From: the human T2T-CHM13v2.0 reference genome, Homo sapiens
NCBI RefSeq assembly: GCF_009914755.1
Contig: NC_060934.1
Strand: one strand, 5' to 3'
Length of the DNA stretch: 64,000 nucleotides
Shown here: one piece after another, positions 31,097 to 45,430 of the stretch
Layout of the letters: each line of letters starts with the position of its first letter
How positions within the stretch are numbered: the first letter of the stretch is position 1
Position numbers and translations under genes: made by a program
Notes under the pieces: model-generated
The model's database searches: none
What the model was told of the DNA's origin: nothing
Seen by the model: the letters and a program-made list of their open reading frames with translations, nothing else

Positions 31097-31773
31097 TCAA
31101 CATTCTATTTTTGAGTGTTTGGTGGGTGTGTGGGTGGGGTTGTTTAATTCACTGGAAGGGAGCATTTCAAAGAATTGAAGGGCCACATCAGGCACACTGA
31201 GTAGTGCAAAAGCCTCCTTCTCTTTCCTTGCCTATTGACTAGAAAGTACTCTGATCCAGGAGTTGGGACCTTAGCACTTCAATCCCAAGACACTATGACT
31301 TATGAGCTACTTAGCCTTGAGGAAGTTTCTGCCCCTTTTCTGAGTCTGAGTCCTTGCCTTTCATGGGGAAAATAGCTACATCCCTGATCTACCTCACTGA
31401 TTGTTGAGAGGGTCAAGGGAATTGATATATGTAAAAATGACTTGAAAATAATAGAATACCATGTATTTACAGAGTGGGATGATTGCAAAGCAGATTAGAT
31501 CTGTAGCCTTTGAGGTGATGTCAGTGCAACTTCTTGTTTTGATCTGTGAAATAAGAACTTCTAGGATTTATGCCTGTTCCTTTGGAGATTCATAACATTT
31601 CAAACCTAAATGCTCAATGCTATTCTTAATGTTTGCAAGACTTTGGAAGACAGCAGAATTTGATTCAGTGGGTTAGAATTCATCTGTTTGCATAATGTCA
31701 TATCCCAGAGTTTTAGATTTTTGAAAATGTATCGGTTTTGTAACTGGAGCCATCTAGTGTTGAGTTGATTAAG

Positions 31774-31784
31774 CACACACACAG

Positions 31785-31864
<80 letters not shown>

Positions 31865-31870
31865 TCTCTC
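31774..31870. repeat. Compound (CA)n(CT)n microsatellite
   Basis: Direct reading. Confidence 0.97.
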
Positions 31871-34473
31871 CTTTATTTTGTGCTTTAGGAAATTGCATCT
31901 TTTTCTCCTGGCACATTAGAATGGTGTTTTAGTATAACATAATTGTAGGATCTGATGAGAACTTAAGAATTAATGTAAAGCCCTGGCTACATCTAAAAAC
32001 CATGGTAACAATGGGATGCTAGCCTGGCCCTGACCTTTCACCCTGAGTTAAGTACCTCCCACCTTTCCTTGTTCCTTTTCATCCTTACTCCTTTGTTTAA
32101 TGAGTGTTCTTGAAATTAGAATTTTTAAATGTGGTCTTCTTATTTTTTTTAAAAAGAAATATTATTTAGCTCAACCAACATAAAAGCAAATACTGATTTT
32201 GTGTAAAAGAGCAATTTTAGAAAAAGAAATCCAGCTACCAAATCTGGTGTATTCCTTTAGTCATGTTAGAAAATTACAGATCATCGGGTCTTTAATCTGT
32301 ACTAGAATCTGCTCCATTCTCTTTACTGTAAAGAAACAAATTCTCATAGAAAAATCTGCACTCGCTTTTATACAATGACCTGAGAAAAAGTTATCACATA
32401 ACCTCTCTTTTAATGATCATGTCATTACCTATCTCTTTGAGTTAATTTTACTAAGTTTTGATAAAAAGAGATATATTCTTTTCAAAAGGTAGGGGACACT
32501 GGAGGAAGCAAAGTTAAAATAAGTATACACATGTGTTTGTGTGTGCACCACACAAACATTTGACAGATGACTAACGAATGACTCTGAGAAGCTAACTACG
32601 TCAATTTAGGCAGTATTTTTTCATTTTTTTCACAATAAAAACTAGATCTGGCCACTATAATTTCCAGAATTTAAATCAGGACTAATTCGTCAAATCCATA
32701 CTTTCTATATCCAAGTAGAAAACATTTATCAATAAAATAAAAAGGGCATTTTTTTTCTGATTTTCTTAATAAATACAAGAAAAACTTGAGAGTTAAGAGT
32801 AACAAAAGTGGAATACTGAAATGCTAATTGTATGCATTCATACATTTTCAAATGGAAAAAAAAGAAATCTGAAACTAATGGCAAGATTTTTGTGAAAAGA
32901 ATATTAACCTTTCAAACAAAACTGAGGTTATGTTTGAGGAGCTGAATTCTCAATTTGTGTTATTTGTAGCTTATGCAAAATGGAAAATAACCTTTCAAAT
33001 GTGCTTTGCAGTTTCCATTATACTTTCAGTGGATCTTAACAACAATCATGTCAGTATTAGAAGCTGGTAGAGTATAATGTTAAAAAGCATGGGTTTTCAG
33101 CCCAGTTACTTGGGTTTTTAATATCCCGAATCAACTACTCACTGATTACCTGCTTTCAGGTAAGTCATCTCACTCTCAAAGCATCTATTTTCCCATCTAG
33201 AAATGGGGATAATAATAGCACCCACCTCATAGAGTTCCCATAAAACTCAGAGGAGAGATGTGTTGGCAAGTGCTTAGTCTAGTGACAGATTCATGTTAAA
33301 TATTTACCTAGATTTGGAAGGGTGGGGAGATAGGAGGGGGATGAGAGATGAGATATTACTACTTAATATTACTTAATGGGTACAATATACACTTTTTGGG
33401 TCATGGTTACACTAAAAGCCCGGACTTAACACTATGCAATATATTCATGTAATAGAACTGCATTTCTACCCCTTATTTAACAAGAAATAAAAATATTCAC
33501 CTATATTAATTTTATATTAATCAGTTTTAAAAGGAGTCTTCAACATTAACTGTATTTCTTCCATTATCCTAGCAAACAAAAATGAAACTGTGATTCTATG
33601 TAGTCTCAAAATACACTGCTTTGAAAACCATAGTGTTTTCTGTCACAAGGTCTAAGCCCATCTGCATGGCTTGGTTAAAAACATTATGTATTTACACTGT
33701 GGAGTGTTTTGAGCTTCATGCTTTGAGTTTCATAGATCACTGTGGAAATTAAGACGTTGTTATATGTATTTTATCCTTACATCAACTCTGGGAAGTAGTT
33801 AGAGCAGGGGGTGCAATTTCTTCTGTTTTGAAGAAGAGGAGGAAAATCAGATAATAAGGTTAAATGTTTTGTGCAAAGTATTGTCACACCAGGAACCAGC
33901 TTGGGGTACAGCAAAGCATACAGGCTTTGGCCCTTGACTCTCTAAGAGACCTTGGAAGGTGTCTTAATGTCTTTGAATATCAATGTTCTTATTTGTAAAG
34001 TAGGGTTATTAATCTCCAAGTTATATTTTTTAAAATAATTAAATGATCTATGTGTTTGTACCATAAGTGAGCTGTGTGTGTAAAATATATATGTGCACAT
34101 ATACATATATACATTTTACATCTACACACACACATGCACACAGAGAGACACATATAAACACAGCTTGCCGGTTCTGTTTCTCTGGAGCACCCTGACTAAT
34201 ACAGCTTTCTAGATCACAGAATATTCCAATTGAAAGGAAGTCTAGAAAGACTGTCTTCTGATCCTGTTTTACAGATGATGAGAATCACTTGGAGAGGTGA
34301 AATGATAGAGCTGGGCATACTGCTCTCTAAAGCCTCACTAAGAGCACTTTGTTAGTGATTTTTGGCACTAGAAAAGTGGGAAACGGGCCCAGGTAGGTTA
34401 TGACTGCAGCATGAGGAACCCCAGCACACAGAGGACGAACTACGCAAACTTCAGTAGTCCTCACACAGCCTGC

Positions 34474-34553
34474 CTCTCTCTCTCTCTCTCACACTCTCTC
34501 TCTCTCCCTGTCTCCCTCCCTCCCTCCCTCCCTCCCTCTCCCTCTCTCTCTCT

Positions 34554-34591
<38 letters not shown>
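34474..34591. repeat. Compound (CT)n/(CCCT)n/(CA)n microsatellite
   Basis: Direct reading. Confidence 0.95.
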
Positions 34592-34595
<4 letters not shown>

Positions 34596-35053
34596 TGGAA
34601 GCAGACTACTATAAAACCTACATTTGAAATTTGACAGTAATCAAACAGGGGTGATAAATTAAGAAACGAACAGACAAAATTAATAAGTATTTTTAAAACA
34701 GCAACTCTGAAACAGAAGCAACAAATTCTGAAGGTAGATTGTCAAAGAATTATTCTCAGAGACATTTGATAGAAAGTTGCCTTCATTTAAAAAAGGTTAC
34801 TATAAAAGAAAAATCTTGGACAACTAAAAATATATTCATTTCGGTATTATTGGAATTTTGACAGTAAGACATCTCAGTAGTATCTAGAATATTATTCTAA
34901 AAAGTTAAATCTACATACTGCTATTGGTGATGAGGTTGCTAAGTAAAGTGGTTGGTAAAGAGATGTTTAAACCAATTGAATTTGGTGTGTAGGAACAGAG
35001 TTGGGTCAAAAAAAAGAGAAGTCTGGGGTTGCTCACTGCCATTTGTTTTAACC

Positions 35054-35375
35054 TATCATATATATATATCATATATGACATATATATGACATATATATGA
35101 CAGCTACTCTTCAGCACTCATATATATGTCATATATATGACACTTCAGCACTCATATATATGACATATATATGACATATATATGACACTCTTCAGCACTC
35201 ATATATATGACATATATACTCATATATATGTCATCTATATGTCATATATATGTCATATATATGACAGCCACTCTTCAGCAGCCTTCTATATATATGTATA
35301 CATATGTATAGATATATGTATATATGTATACATATATATATATATATATATAGAAGGCTGCTGAAGAGTGACTGT
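35054..35375. repeat. Complex palindromic (TA)n-based repeat with embedded inverted copies of flanking sequence
   Basis: GACATATATAT/ATATATGTC units; CTTCAGCA motif x4; 24-bp inverted arms at 35264-35287 and 35352-35375. Confidence 0.92.
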
Positions 35376-38300
35376 TTACTTTTTGTTCTTTTTTAAAAGA
35401 ATGTTTTTTACAGTGCATAGAGCAGAATGGACATATTTTAAGTAGCAGGCAAATGTTTTTTCTTCCTCACTCTCTGCCGGTAGGGTGGTGGCAGTTGATG
35501 TTCTCTTGCCTTCTTTTCTTTTTCATTTTTAAAATCTTTATTTAGTGTTCACCAATCTCCTTCTTACATTTTGTTCTACTAAAATAATCAGAGAAAGAAA
35601 CAGAACTTGGGTATAAATGCCTTGATGTGCAGCTAAGTTCAGTCTGGTTTTAGGAAGGAATGGCATCGGGGGCTACTGACCTCTGCTTTTGTGTTGCCCC
35701 TCATCACCTGGGTACTCATCGGCACCCTGTAACTATTAACTTCCCTTCCAGTGGTAAGATCTTGTGATTCTTTCATTCTGTGACTGTGATTCTACCAACT
35801 TGTTGTACCATGACTCCTAGAGGGCAGGTGCACTTGATGAGGTTAAAGTTCTGGTAAGTAGGAAGCTCAGAGTGAACTTTTGTGTGGACCATCAAATCAG
35901 AAGTTCCAATGAACAGGAAAAGAGAGAGAATATGAGATTTGGAAAAGTTTTTAGTCTGACTCTCTCTTTCAGTAATTGAGGTAATTGAGTCTCATAAGGA
36001 AATGACCTATACGGGTTGGCAAAAGGATCAGTTTGGAGGAGAACATAGGGAACTGAGATAAGAAACTCCTAAACTTCAATTCTGACATTAGAACTTGGTG
36101 AGTTCTAGGTTTGAACTGGGAGGTCAGTACTGGAGTGCACTGGGAAGACATGCTGAGTAGTAACACTACTAAGTACCTGGTAGGAAGGTGCAGGGGCTAA
36201 GCATTTGGGCCCTCAAGCTGGATTTCCTGCTTACTTCAAATTTAGAACCCCTATTCACTAGCTGTGAAATCTTGATGAAATTATTTAAATTTTTTTCTCT
36301 CTAAAATGGAGTATTTAAAAAATAAATAAATAAAATAAAATGGAGTATTTTTGTTTTGTTTTGTTTTTGAGAGGATCACGAAAATCTCTATTTTTCTATG
36401 AATTTGACAAAAATTAACAAATTATTTTAAATAGCATTAAAAATGGAAAACCTTACAATAAATAAAAAACTGAATTCATATAGAATTACATGTCAAGATC
36501 CTCATAGTTTGTTGTTACAGGAAAATAGAAAATTGCACAGCAATTCTATTGTATGATACCTTTTAATAATTCAAAAGAAAGCAAAAACACATGCATAGCA
36601 AACTGGATAATGTATTTGCATAAATATATAGTTATATATGTATTCCCATACATCAAATTTTACTAGTAGTGGTTTGTGAAAGAGGATTGAGGGGATAGAT
36701 AAAGGAGGACTTCCAATGTATACATTCTGTTAAAATTTTCTCACTATTTTGCAGATTCACTAGAGTGTATCTAGGGCTTCCTCTAAGAGAACTTAGACTT
36801 TATTCAGTGCTAGAAATGATCAGCTGCTATCTCTTTACTATCGCCTCTGCACTATTCCCTATATTCTCTTCTGGATCTCACTTATAGATGATGATAGAGA
36901 TAGATAGATAGATGATAGATATAGATCTATTTTAAAACGGTTTTGTTGAGATGTAATTCACATGATGTACACTCTATCCACTATTTAAAGCATTTTGAAA
37001 TGTCTGAAACTGCTCTCCATGTTTCTTAACTGCTTTTTCTTTTTAAATAAAATGGGGGTATTTTAAGGATTAATTAAGATAATTCTATAAAACACTTAGT
37101 CTATCGTCTGGTGTACAGTAAGTATTCAATGAATGTTAACTGTAAATTATTTAAGTAAAACATGAGTTCCAATAATATGATTAGTTCATTATTCAGAAGG
37201 ATTTAGTAATAAGAGAAGAAGGAGCGAGTCCTTTATTTGTTACTGGCAAAGATATATAACAGAAAGTGAAAGGGCTCACAGTACATTGAGTTTGTGTCAA
37301 AACATAAATTTAAATGTATGTTTGGAGCTCATGACAGTGTTATTATATCTAAATCTTGGAGTAGGAGGATTGGAGAGGAAGCCATCTCATGGTTTAAAAT
37401 GCATCCCAGATTGTGTTTGCTTTGGCCAACCAAAATGTTTCTTGATTTTTTTGCTGGAAATATTTTGGCCTGTCCACATGGATTACTTCTAATGCATTAA
37501 CTTCACACAATGAAGCACCACTGAAAATGGAACAACCACACTTTACAACCTCACCCAGTTCTGTTCACTCAGTTGGAAAATGAGCTTCCTGTTAATGATA
37601 GTTATTGTGGATTCATTTGCTGCAAAAAGGACATTCAACCAAAGCACCAATTAAAGGCACACTTAAATCAGCAAGACCTACTTTGCTAAGTTCCTCTGAG
37701 TTCAAACATCTGACTGCTGACTTTATGCCAGAGGAGTTATTTTTTACTATACTTAAAAAAAATTAGCAGAATAGTCGATTGACATTTTTATCATCCTATA
37801 AACTTTATATATTCTTATATATATATTCTTATGTAACTGTGACCAAGGCAAGCCTTTAAAAATGATTTTATCTCATTAGGTCTATGCTCTCCATGGCATA
37901 CAATATAAACAAATTATTATAGGTGGTATAGAAAAAGCAGGAGTCAAAGATTTAATTTTGAGCTCTGGCAGGTCTAGCCACATCATTTCTGAACCTTAGT
38001 TTCCTCATCTGTAAAATGGGTTTTTCATACCTATCTTCGGGAGTGCTACAAAGAGTGAGATGGATACTCTATGTAAAGATTGCTGCCTTGCTGAGCACAT
38101 AAGCATTTAATACACATTGATTTCCTTTGTAGACTGATGGCTAATGGTGGTGTCTTGGAGAGAACTCACACTTATATACCTTATTCTCTCCCAGGCAATC
38201 AGGCAATGGTCCTTTGCTAGGCTAACTCAATGAGTGACTCTAGTAGTGTAGATTTATAGATAAAGAGGCAAAGATCCTTTTTTTTATTAAACAAACAAAG

Positions 38301-38529
38301 CTTATCAGAATAAAAACAGTAGCTACTCTTTAATGAGTCTTAACTCAGCTTCACCAGGACTGCCTCAGGAAGCCATTTATATACCTACACATACAAAAGT
38401 CAATTCTAGCAATTGCCTGCTCTACTACTTCCCTACTCCTCTCTTTGGGGGAACTTTTTTTTTAACTTTTGAAGGAATGTTTATTAAGGTGTAGGACAAG
38501 TACATTCTAGATGTTTTTGCAACTGTTTC

Positions 38530-39380
38530 TTTAAGATAAACATTATTTTTACAGGAGCTTTAAATTTACAGAAAAATTGTAAAGACAGAGCAGTTTCTAT
38601 ATACCCAACACCCTGTTTCCCTTATTATTAATATAGCATTAGCACAGTACACATGTTATCATAGATGAGGCAATATGGTTATTAATTTTTAACCAAAATC
38701 CATACTTCAACCAGATTTCATTAGATTTTACTTCATATTCTCTATCATAGCGTCTCATCGAGGATACCATATACATTTATTCATCATGTCTACTTAAGAT
38801 CTCTTTTTGCTGTGACAGTTTCTTAGACTTTGTTTTTGAAGACCTTGACAGTTTTGAGGGGTGCTGATCAAGTATATTACACAATGTCCCATAATTGGAA
38901 TTTATCTGATGTTTTTCTCATTATTAGACTGGGGTTACAGGTTTTTGGTAGGAAGATCACAGGTGTAAAATGCTGCCTTTATGACATTCTATCAAGGGTA
39001 TATTCTAGCAACGTGATATATGGCTGTTGATGTTGACTTTGATCATCTAGATGAAATAGTGTTTGTCAGGTTTCTCCATTGAAAAATTACTCTTTCCTTT
39101 CCCTTTCCATATTGTACTCTTTGAAAGGAAGTCGCTCTGCATAGCCCACATCTAAGAAGTGGAAAGTTATGTTCATTCTCCTTTTGGGTATAGTATCTGC
39201 ATATATTATTTGGAATTCTTCTGCATGGGAGATTTGTCTCTTTGCCCCTATTTATTTATTTAATTATTTATTTAAATCAGTGTTGACTCATGAATATTTA
39301 TTTTACACTTCGGGTTATAACCCAATAATACTTTCATTATTCAAATTGTTTCAGCTGTGGCTATTGGGAGCTCTTTCAGT
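38530..39380 (-). mobile_element. Old L1 (L1MC/L1MD-type) 3' region
   Basis: TTTACAGAAAAATTG...GATGTTTTTCTCATTATTAGACTGGGGTTA...GGGTTATAACCCAATA. Confidence 0.78.
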
Positions 39381-41246
39381 CCCCTTAGTTGCTGCATCCA
39401 GGCACACTTATCTCAGTTGTACTTTTACATATATTTGTATAATTTTCAAATTTAATGTAGTTTCCCCTCACAAAATCATATAGTTTATGGGGGAACGGTA
39501 GGTATCTTATTTTGTTTGAGTGTTTATTACCTTATCCTTAATATTTAGAAGTGTGCCTGGAGTGTAGTAGATGCTCAGTGAATGTTAAGTGGAGAAATGT
39601 ATGAATGAATGAGTATAAGAATGTATCAACATTGTGTAAGGCACATTACGTATACCATTCCAAAACTTCAAAACAGTTGTCAAAGGAAAGCATTAATAAT
39701 GCTTTCCCTATTTGATAGATGAAGGGATTAAACTCAGATAAGTTAAGTAACTTGCCCAGGGTCACTCAGCCAGTTAGCAAGAACTTGAACCTAGGATTGC
39801 CCAACCTTATGCCCATAGGCGGCCATGAATATTGGTATTGAGAAATACGTTATGGATTTTCAAGACCCTAAAGTTATATCCATGTGCCTATAACCACCTC
39901 TATCATTATTTCTCTCTGTCTTTTTCTCTTTCTCCATATTTATATACAACCAGATATTGTCTATTAAAAATGGACCCCAAAAGTCAGCACAAATTTCAAG
40001 AAAATATTTAAATGTTGCCAATCCTTTACTCAGTGCCTAAGTTATGCACCTATCAAACATTTCTCCCATATCCCAGTTTGCTGGAGGACCTAAAAAATTT
40101 GAGCAGGTCATATATTTAAAGCAGTATTAGCTCACTGAACACACTGGAGAGAGTTGGGTAAAGTACCTTTTTGATCTGCCTGAGAAGACCTAGAAGAGGT
40201 CCTTGGCTTTATTATATCACCTTAGAAATTGATGTTGAAAAGTAATGAAGTATAAAGGAAAGCAAATACGTGTAGGGTATTAAAAGACCAGGTTTGATTC
40301 ACAGCTTTGCATTTCCCAGAAGAACTGCAGGCAAGTTCTCTAGTACTTTCAAGCCTCAGTTTTTTCTTTTATATTTAATAAAATGGTGATATTAAAATTG
40401 CCCACTTCATAGGTGAAGATTAAATGGGACACTGTATTAAGTGCATAACACAGTGCCTGTCACATAGCCTTCTAAAAAATTTTTTGTTACTGCTGTCATT
40501 GTCTTCTGTCTTCTCTAGAGATCAAAATGTATTTGAGAGTTTAAATAATGTTTTGTTTTCATGGAGGACTGTTATGGAATATCAGGAGATTCAAGCTGAA
40601 AACTCATTTGCTGTACACAACTGGTTTTGAAGAATATTTAGTTTCAAGATAAGATTATTTCTTTTGTAAAAATAATATTATTAACTGAAATATGTTTACT
40701 TTTAACTTGTTCTCTAATTTATAAAGAGAGCCTCCAAGCTCTAGTTAACTGCCACACCTCATAGTCTATGAAAAACCTACCTCCCACCCCCTTGTTAATG
40801 ACCCAGAGCACAGATCATCACTCACTGTACTTACATAGTACTTTCGAAAATTTTCTTTTAAACTAGTAATACCAAACTTAAATTTGTATTAAGACAAGTA
40901 ATGTCAAATATTACTCAGTTTGGGTGAGTTGGACCACGAATTGTAATATGGCCATGACTGTGATATCTACTGCCAACCAGTTTCTATCCTCTTCAAGAAT
41001 TGCTTTCTAATAATGCGGAAAGTTGCACTAATAATTCGCCATCCAAACAGCAAATCGCTGTTGCCTTACAAAATCCTTCAACTCAAACACTTTCCTTGGC
41101 TCCAGCTCTCTAGTTGTTCAACATGGTTCTAAAGACGTAATTCAGCAATGATGACAGGAGGCAGGGTAGCCTCTCAGGGGGCATGTTTTTATGTGGATAG
41201 GGTCCACTGAAGTAATAAAAAATAAAGACATTTATTGGCATACATA

Positions 41247-41759
41247 CTGTATTTCAGCAATTCTAAGATATGCATTTTCCATATTTTAATATCTCAGACT
41301 GCATCTTATAATCACTATCGGCCAAATAGTGAATATAATGATGTTATTACTTGGGCATGCACATCAATATTTGAAGGATTAGTTATCACTGGTTTGGAAC
41401 AAAGTCCTGAAGATAGCAGTGTGTGATTCTTTTTAAAAATGTGTATTCAACCATCTTGATGGCACAGGGAGGGAAAGTATGTGGAGAAACCTAGACCTAA
41501 GGAGAGCCAGACTGAGTGTGAGAAGTTTTGCGATGACCTTAAATTTGTTTTCCATCTGCTCCTTATTATTATGTATGAAAGCATATGTAATGAAAATCTA
41601 TATCCAAATAAATCTAAAGAAGCTATTTCAGCAAGAAAGTTTTTTTTAAAAATCTAAGGGATAAGAAAGCATTATGTCATGGGGCAGTGTTTTTCTTGTC
41701 TTACTGGTGCATAAAGGGGTATCTTACCCTTGTAGTGTATTAGATTTGATAAAATATGG
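41247..41759. mobile_element. TcMar-Tc2 DNA transposon relic (Kanga/MER104-like) with TIRs and TA target duplications
   Basis: TA|CTGTATTTCAGCAATTCTAAGA ... TATTAGATTTGATAAAATATGG|TA degenerate terminal inverted repeats. Confidence 0.7.
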
Positions 41760-42279
41760 TAGCTGCAGGTCCTCAAGTAGCACAGGCTTTGGTTTTGCTA
41801 TAGAGCTTCTGGCTTCATCTTCCATCCAATGCTCTTGGTTTAATGTGTCAGCCTCATGCTTAGGTTGGTTCAGGCCTCGCATCCTTATACAGAGGTCCAG
41901 AGGAAGACAGAGATCTTCATGGGTCCATTCTCCTATAACCTCTGTCTGTAGGAAAAAGCTGTAAGCTGCTTGGCTTACATCTCGTTTCTTTAATTATTGG
42001 CAAGAGGGGATGACAATATAATGATTAAGATTAATCAGTATACAATTTGAAAACTACATGGGCTGGCACACAAAGGGAAGAGGATGGAAAGAATGTTGAA
42101 AGGCAACCTCATAGTGTCCACTACGATGGTTTTCTCTCTTTTTGTTTAAACTAATAGTGTCAAGGCACATTTTTAAAGTTTATCACTTTTGTTGAAACCT
42201 AAATCTCTTCCGATTACTAGATTCAATAAGCATCAAAATTTCTGGTAATTATCTGCACAAAATATAATATATTTTGTGT

Positions 42280-45200
42280 CTATCTGCAGATTACATAATA
42301 TTATATGTAGAAAAGCCTAAGGAATCCACCAAAAAAGCTATTAGAATTAATTAACAAATTCAGTAAAGTTGTAGAATACAAAATTAACATGTAAAAATCA
42401 TGTGCATTTCTATATACAAACAATGAAATATGTGAGAAAGATCAATAAACAATCCAATTTATAATAAATGGAACAATAGGAATAGACTTAACCACTAAAA
42501 ACTATAAAGAATTGATGAAATAAATTGAAGAAGACACAAATAAATGGAAAGACATCCTGTAATCATGGTTTTGAAGACTTAATGTTAAAATGTCCATGCT
42601 ACTCAAAGTAATCTGTAGATTTCAATGATATCCCAGAAAAATCCTAATGGCATTTTTTTTATAGAAATGGAAAAAGCAATCCTAAACTTCCCAAGCGAGC
42701 CACAAAAGACTGTGAATAGCCAAATCTGTCTTGAAGAACAAAGCTGGAGGCATCACACTTCCTGATTTCAAACTATGTTACAAAGTCTATGGTAATTAAA
42801 ACAGTATAGTACTAGCATAAAGACATACAGCCAAATGAAATAGAATAGAGAGCCCAGAAGTAAATTCATGTGTATATGATCCACTGATCTTTGACAAGAG
42901 TGCCATGAATATGTGATGGGGAAAGGATAGTTTCTTCAATAAATGCTGTGGGAAAAACTGAGTATCTATATGCAAAAGAATGAAATAGGTCTTATATGTT
43001 CTACCATACACAAAATCAACTCAAACTGGATTGAAGACTTAATACCTGAAACTATAAAACTCTTAGAAGAAAAACTAATGGAAAATTTTCTTGACATTGG
43101 TCTTGGCAGTGATTTCTTGGATATGATAGCAAAGCACTGGCAACTAAAGCAAAAATCGACAAGTGAGACCACATCAAATCCAAAAGCTTCTGTACAACAA
43201 AAGAACAATTAGAGTGAAAAGGCAACCTAAAGAACGGGAAAAAATCTCTGCAAACAATTTGTCTGGTAATGTGTTAATATGCAAAATGTAAGAAACTTCT
43301 ATAATTCAATAGAAAAAATCTGCAAAACAAAACATGATTTAAAAGTGAGCAAAGAACTTGAATAGACATTTTTCCAAAGAAGACATACAAATAGCCAACA
43401 GTATATAAAAAGTTGTACAGTATCATTAATCATTGGACATATGTAAGTCAAAAATACAGTGAAATAACATTTCACACCTGTTTAGATGACCATTATCAAA
43501 AATAGAATAGAAAACAAGTATTTATGAGGATGTGGAGAAATAGGAATCCTTGTACACTGGTGGTGGGATGTCCAATGGTGCAGCCACAGTATGGAGGTTC
43601 CTCAAAAAATTAAAAGTAGAACTATCATGTAATCCAGCAATCCCACTTCTGTGTATATATCAAAAGAAATTAAAGTGGAAATTCTGCACTTCCATTGGAG
43701 AATTATTCACAATAGCCAAGATATGGAAATGGATTTGTTCACTTGTATTGCTATAAAGGAAAACCAGAGGCTGGGTAATTTATAAAGAAAATAGGGTTAT
43801 TTGCAAAACAGCAAGGTATTGGTACAAAAACAGACACATACACCAATGGAATAGGATAGGGAACTCAGAAATAAAGCTGCACACCTATAACTCTCTGATC
43901 TGCAACAAAGTTGACAATAACAAGCAATAGGGAAATGACTCCCTATTCAATAAATGATGCTGAGAAAGCTGGCTAGCCATATTCAGAAGAATAAAACTGG
44001 ATCTCTACCTTTCACCATACACAAAAATTAAGAATACTTAAAGACTTAAATATAAAACCTAAAACTATAAAAATCCTAGAAGAAAACCTAGGAAATACCC
44101 TTCTGGTAATCAGCTGTAGCAAAGAATTTATTACTAAGTCCCCAAAAGTAATTGTAACAAAACAAATAGATCTAATTAGGTGACATCTAATTAAACTAAA
44201 AAGCTTCTGCATAGCAAAAGAAACTATTAACAGAGTAAACAGGCAACACAAAGACAAAGGGAGAAAATACTCATATATTATGCATCCACCAAAGGTCTAA
44301 TATCCAGAATTTGTAAGGAACTCAAACAATTGAACAAACAAAAGACAAATAGCTCCATCAGAAAATGGGCAAAAGACTTGAACAGACACTTCTCAAAAGA
44401 AGACATAAATGCAGCCAGTAAATATATGAAAAATGCTCAATGTCACTAATCATTAGAGAAATCCAAATCAAAACCACAATGACATACTATCTGACACTAG
44501 TAAGAGTGGCTATTATTAAAAGTCAAAACATAACAGGTGTTGGTGAGGTTGCAGAGAAAAGGGAATGCTATGCTTTCGGTGGGAATATTAATTTTTCAGC
44601 CACTGTGGAAAGCAGAAGACAGACCATAACAAATGTTGGCGGGGATGTGAAGAAAAGGGAATCCTTGTACACTGTTGGTAGGAATGTAAATTTGTTCAAC
44701 CACTATAAAATAACAGTTTGGAGGTTCTTCAAAAAACTAAAAATAGAGCCACTATGTGATCCAGCAATCCCACCCCTAGGTATATATTCCAAATAAAGGA
44801 ATTCAGTATATTAAAGCGATATCTGCACTTCCATATATATTGCTGCACTATGCACAATAGGCAAGATTTGGAAGCAACCTAAGTGTCCATCAATGGGAAA
44901 TAAATAAAATAAATGTAGTACATAACAATATTCTGAGTACTATGCAGCTATGAAAAAGAATGAGATCCAGTCATTTGCAACAACATGGATGGAACTGGAG
45001 GTCATTACATTATGTGAAATAAGCCACACATAAGAAGACAAACTTCACATGTTCTCACTTATTTGTGAGAGCCAAAAGTAAACAAACTCATAAGATGTAG
45101 CATAGAATGATGGTTACAAGAGGCTGGAATGCGGGTGAGAGGGAGTGGGAATGGTTAATGGGTACAAAAAAATAGTTTAAAAGAATGAATATAATCTAGT

Positions 45201-45430
45201 ATTTGATAGCACAACAGGATGACTATAATAAAAATAATTTAACTACACATTTAAACTAACTAAAGGAATATAATTAGATTATTTGTAACACAAGGGATAA
45301 ATGCTTGATGGATATCCCATTTACCCTGATGTGATTATTACACATTGTATACCTGTATCAAAATATCTCATGTGCATAATAAATATATACACCTACTATG
45401 TAGTCACAAAAATTAAAATATAAAATAGTA
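42280..45430 (+). mobile_element. Composite L1 cluster: old L1M ORF2 3' part (~42280-43730), MaLR LTR fragment (~43730-43800), L1PA/PB ORF2 piece (~43803-44615), L1MA 3' end (~44615-45430)
   Basis: ORF track gives degraded ORF2 C-terminal peptides more than once (WRFLKKLKVELSCNPAIPLL; REIQIKTTM; WRFFKKLKIEPLCDPAIPPLGIY); MST-like GGCTGGGTAATTTATAAAGAAAA between blocks. Confidence 0.85.

Noticed and set aside
35100-35290. Repeated CTTCAGCA motif with spacers, superficially CRISPR-like
   Set aside because: Eukaryotic context; spacers are TA microsatellite; explained by fold-back duplication
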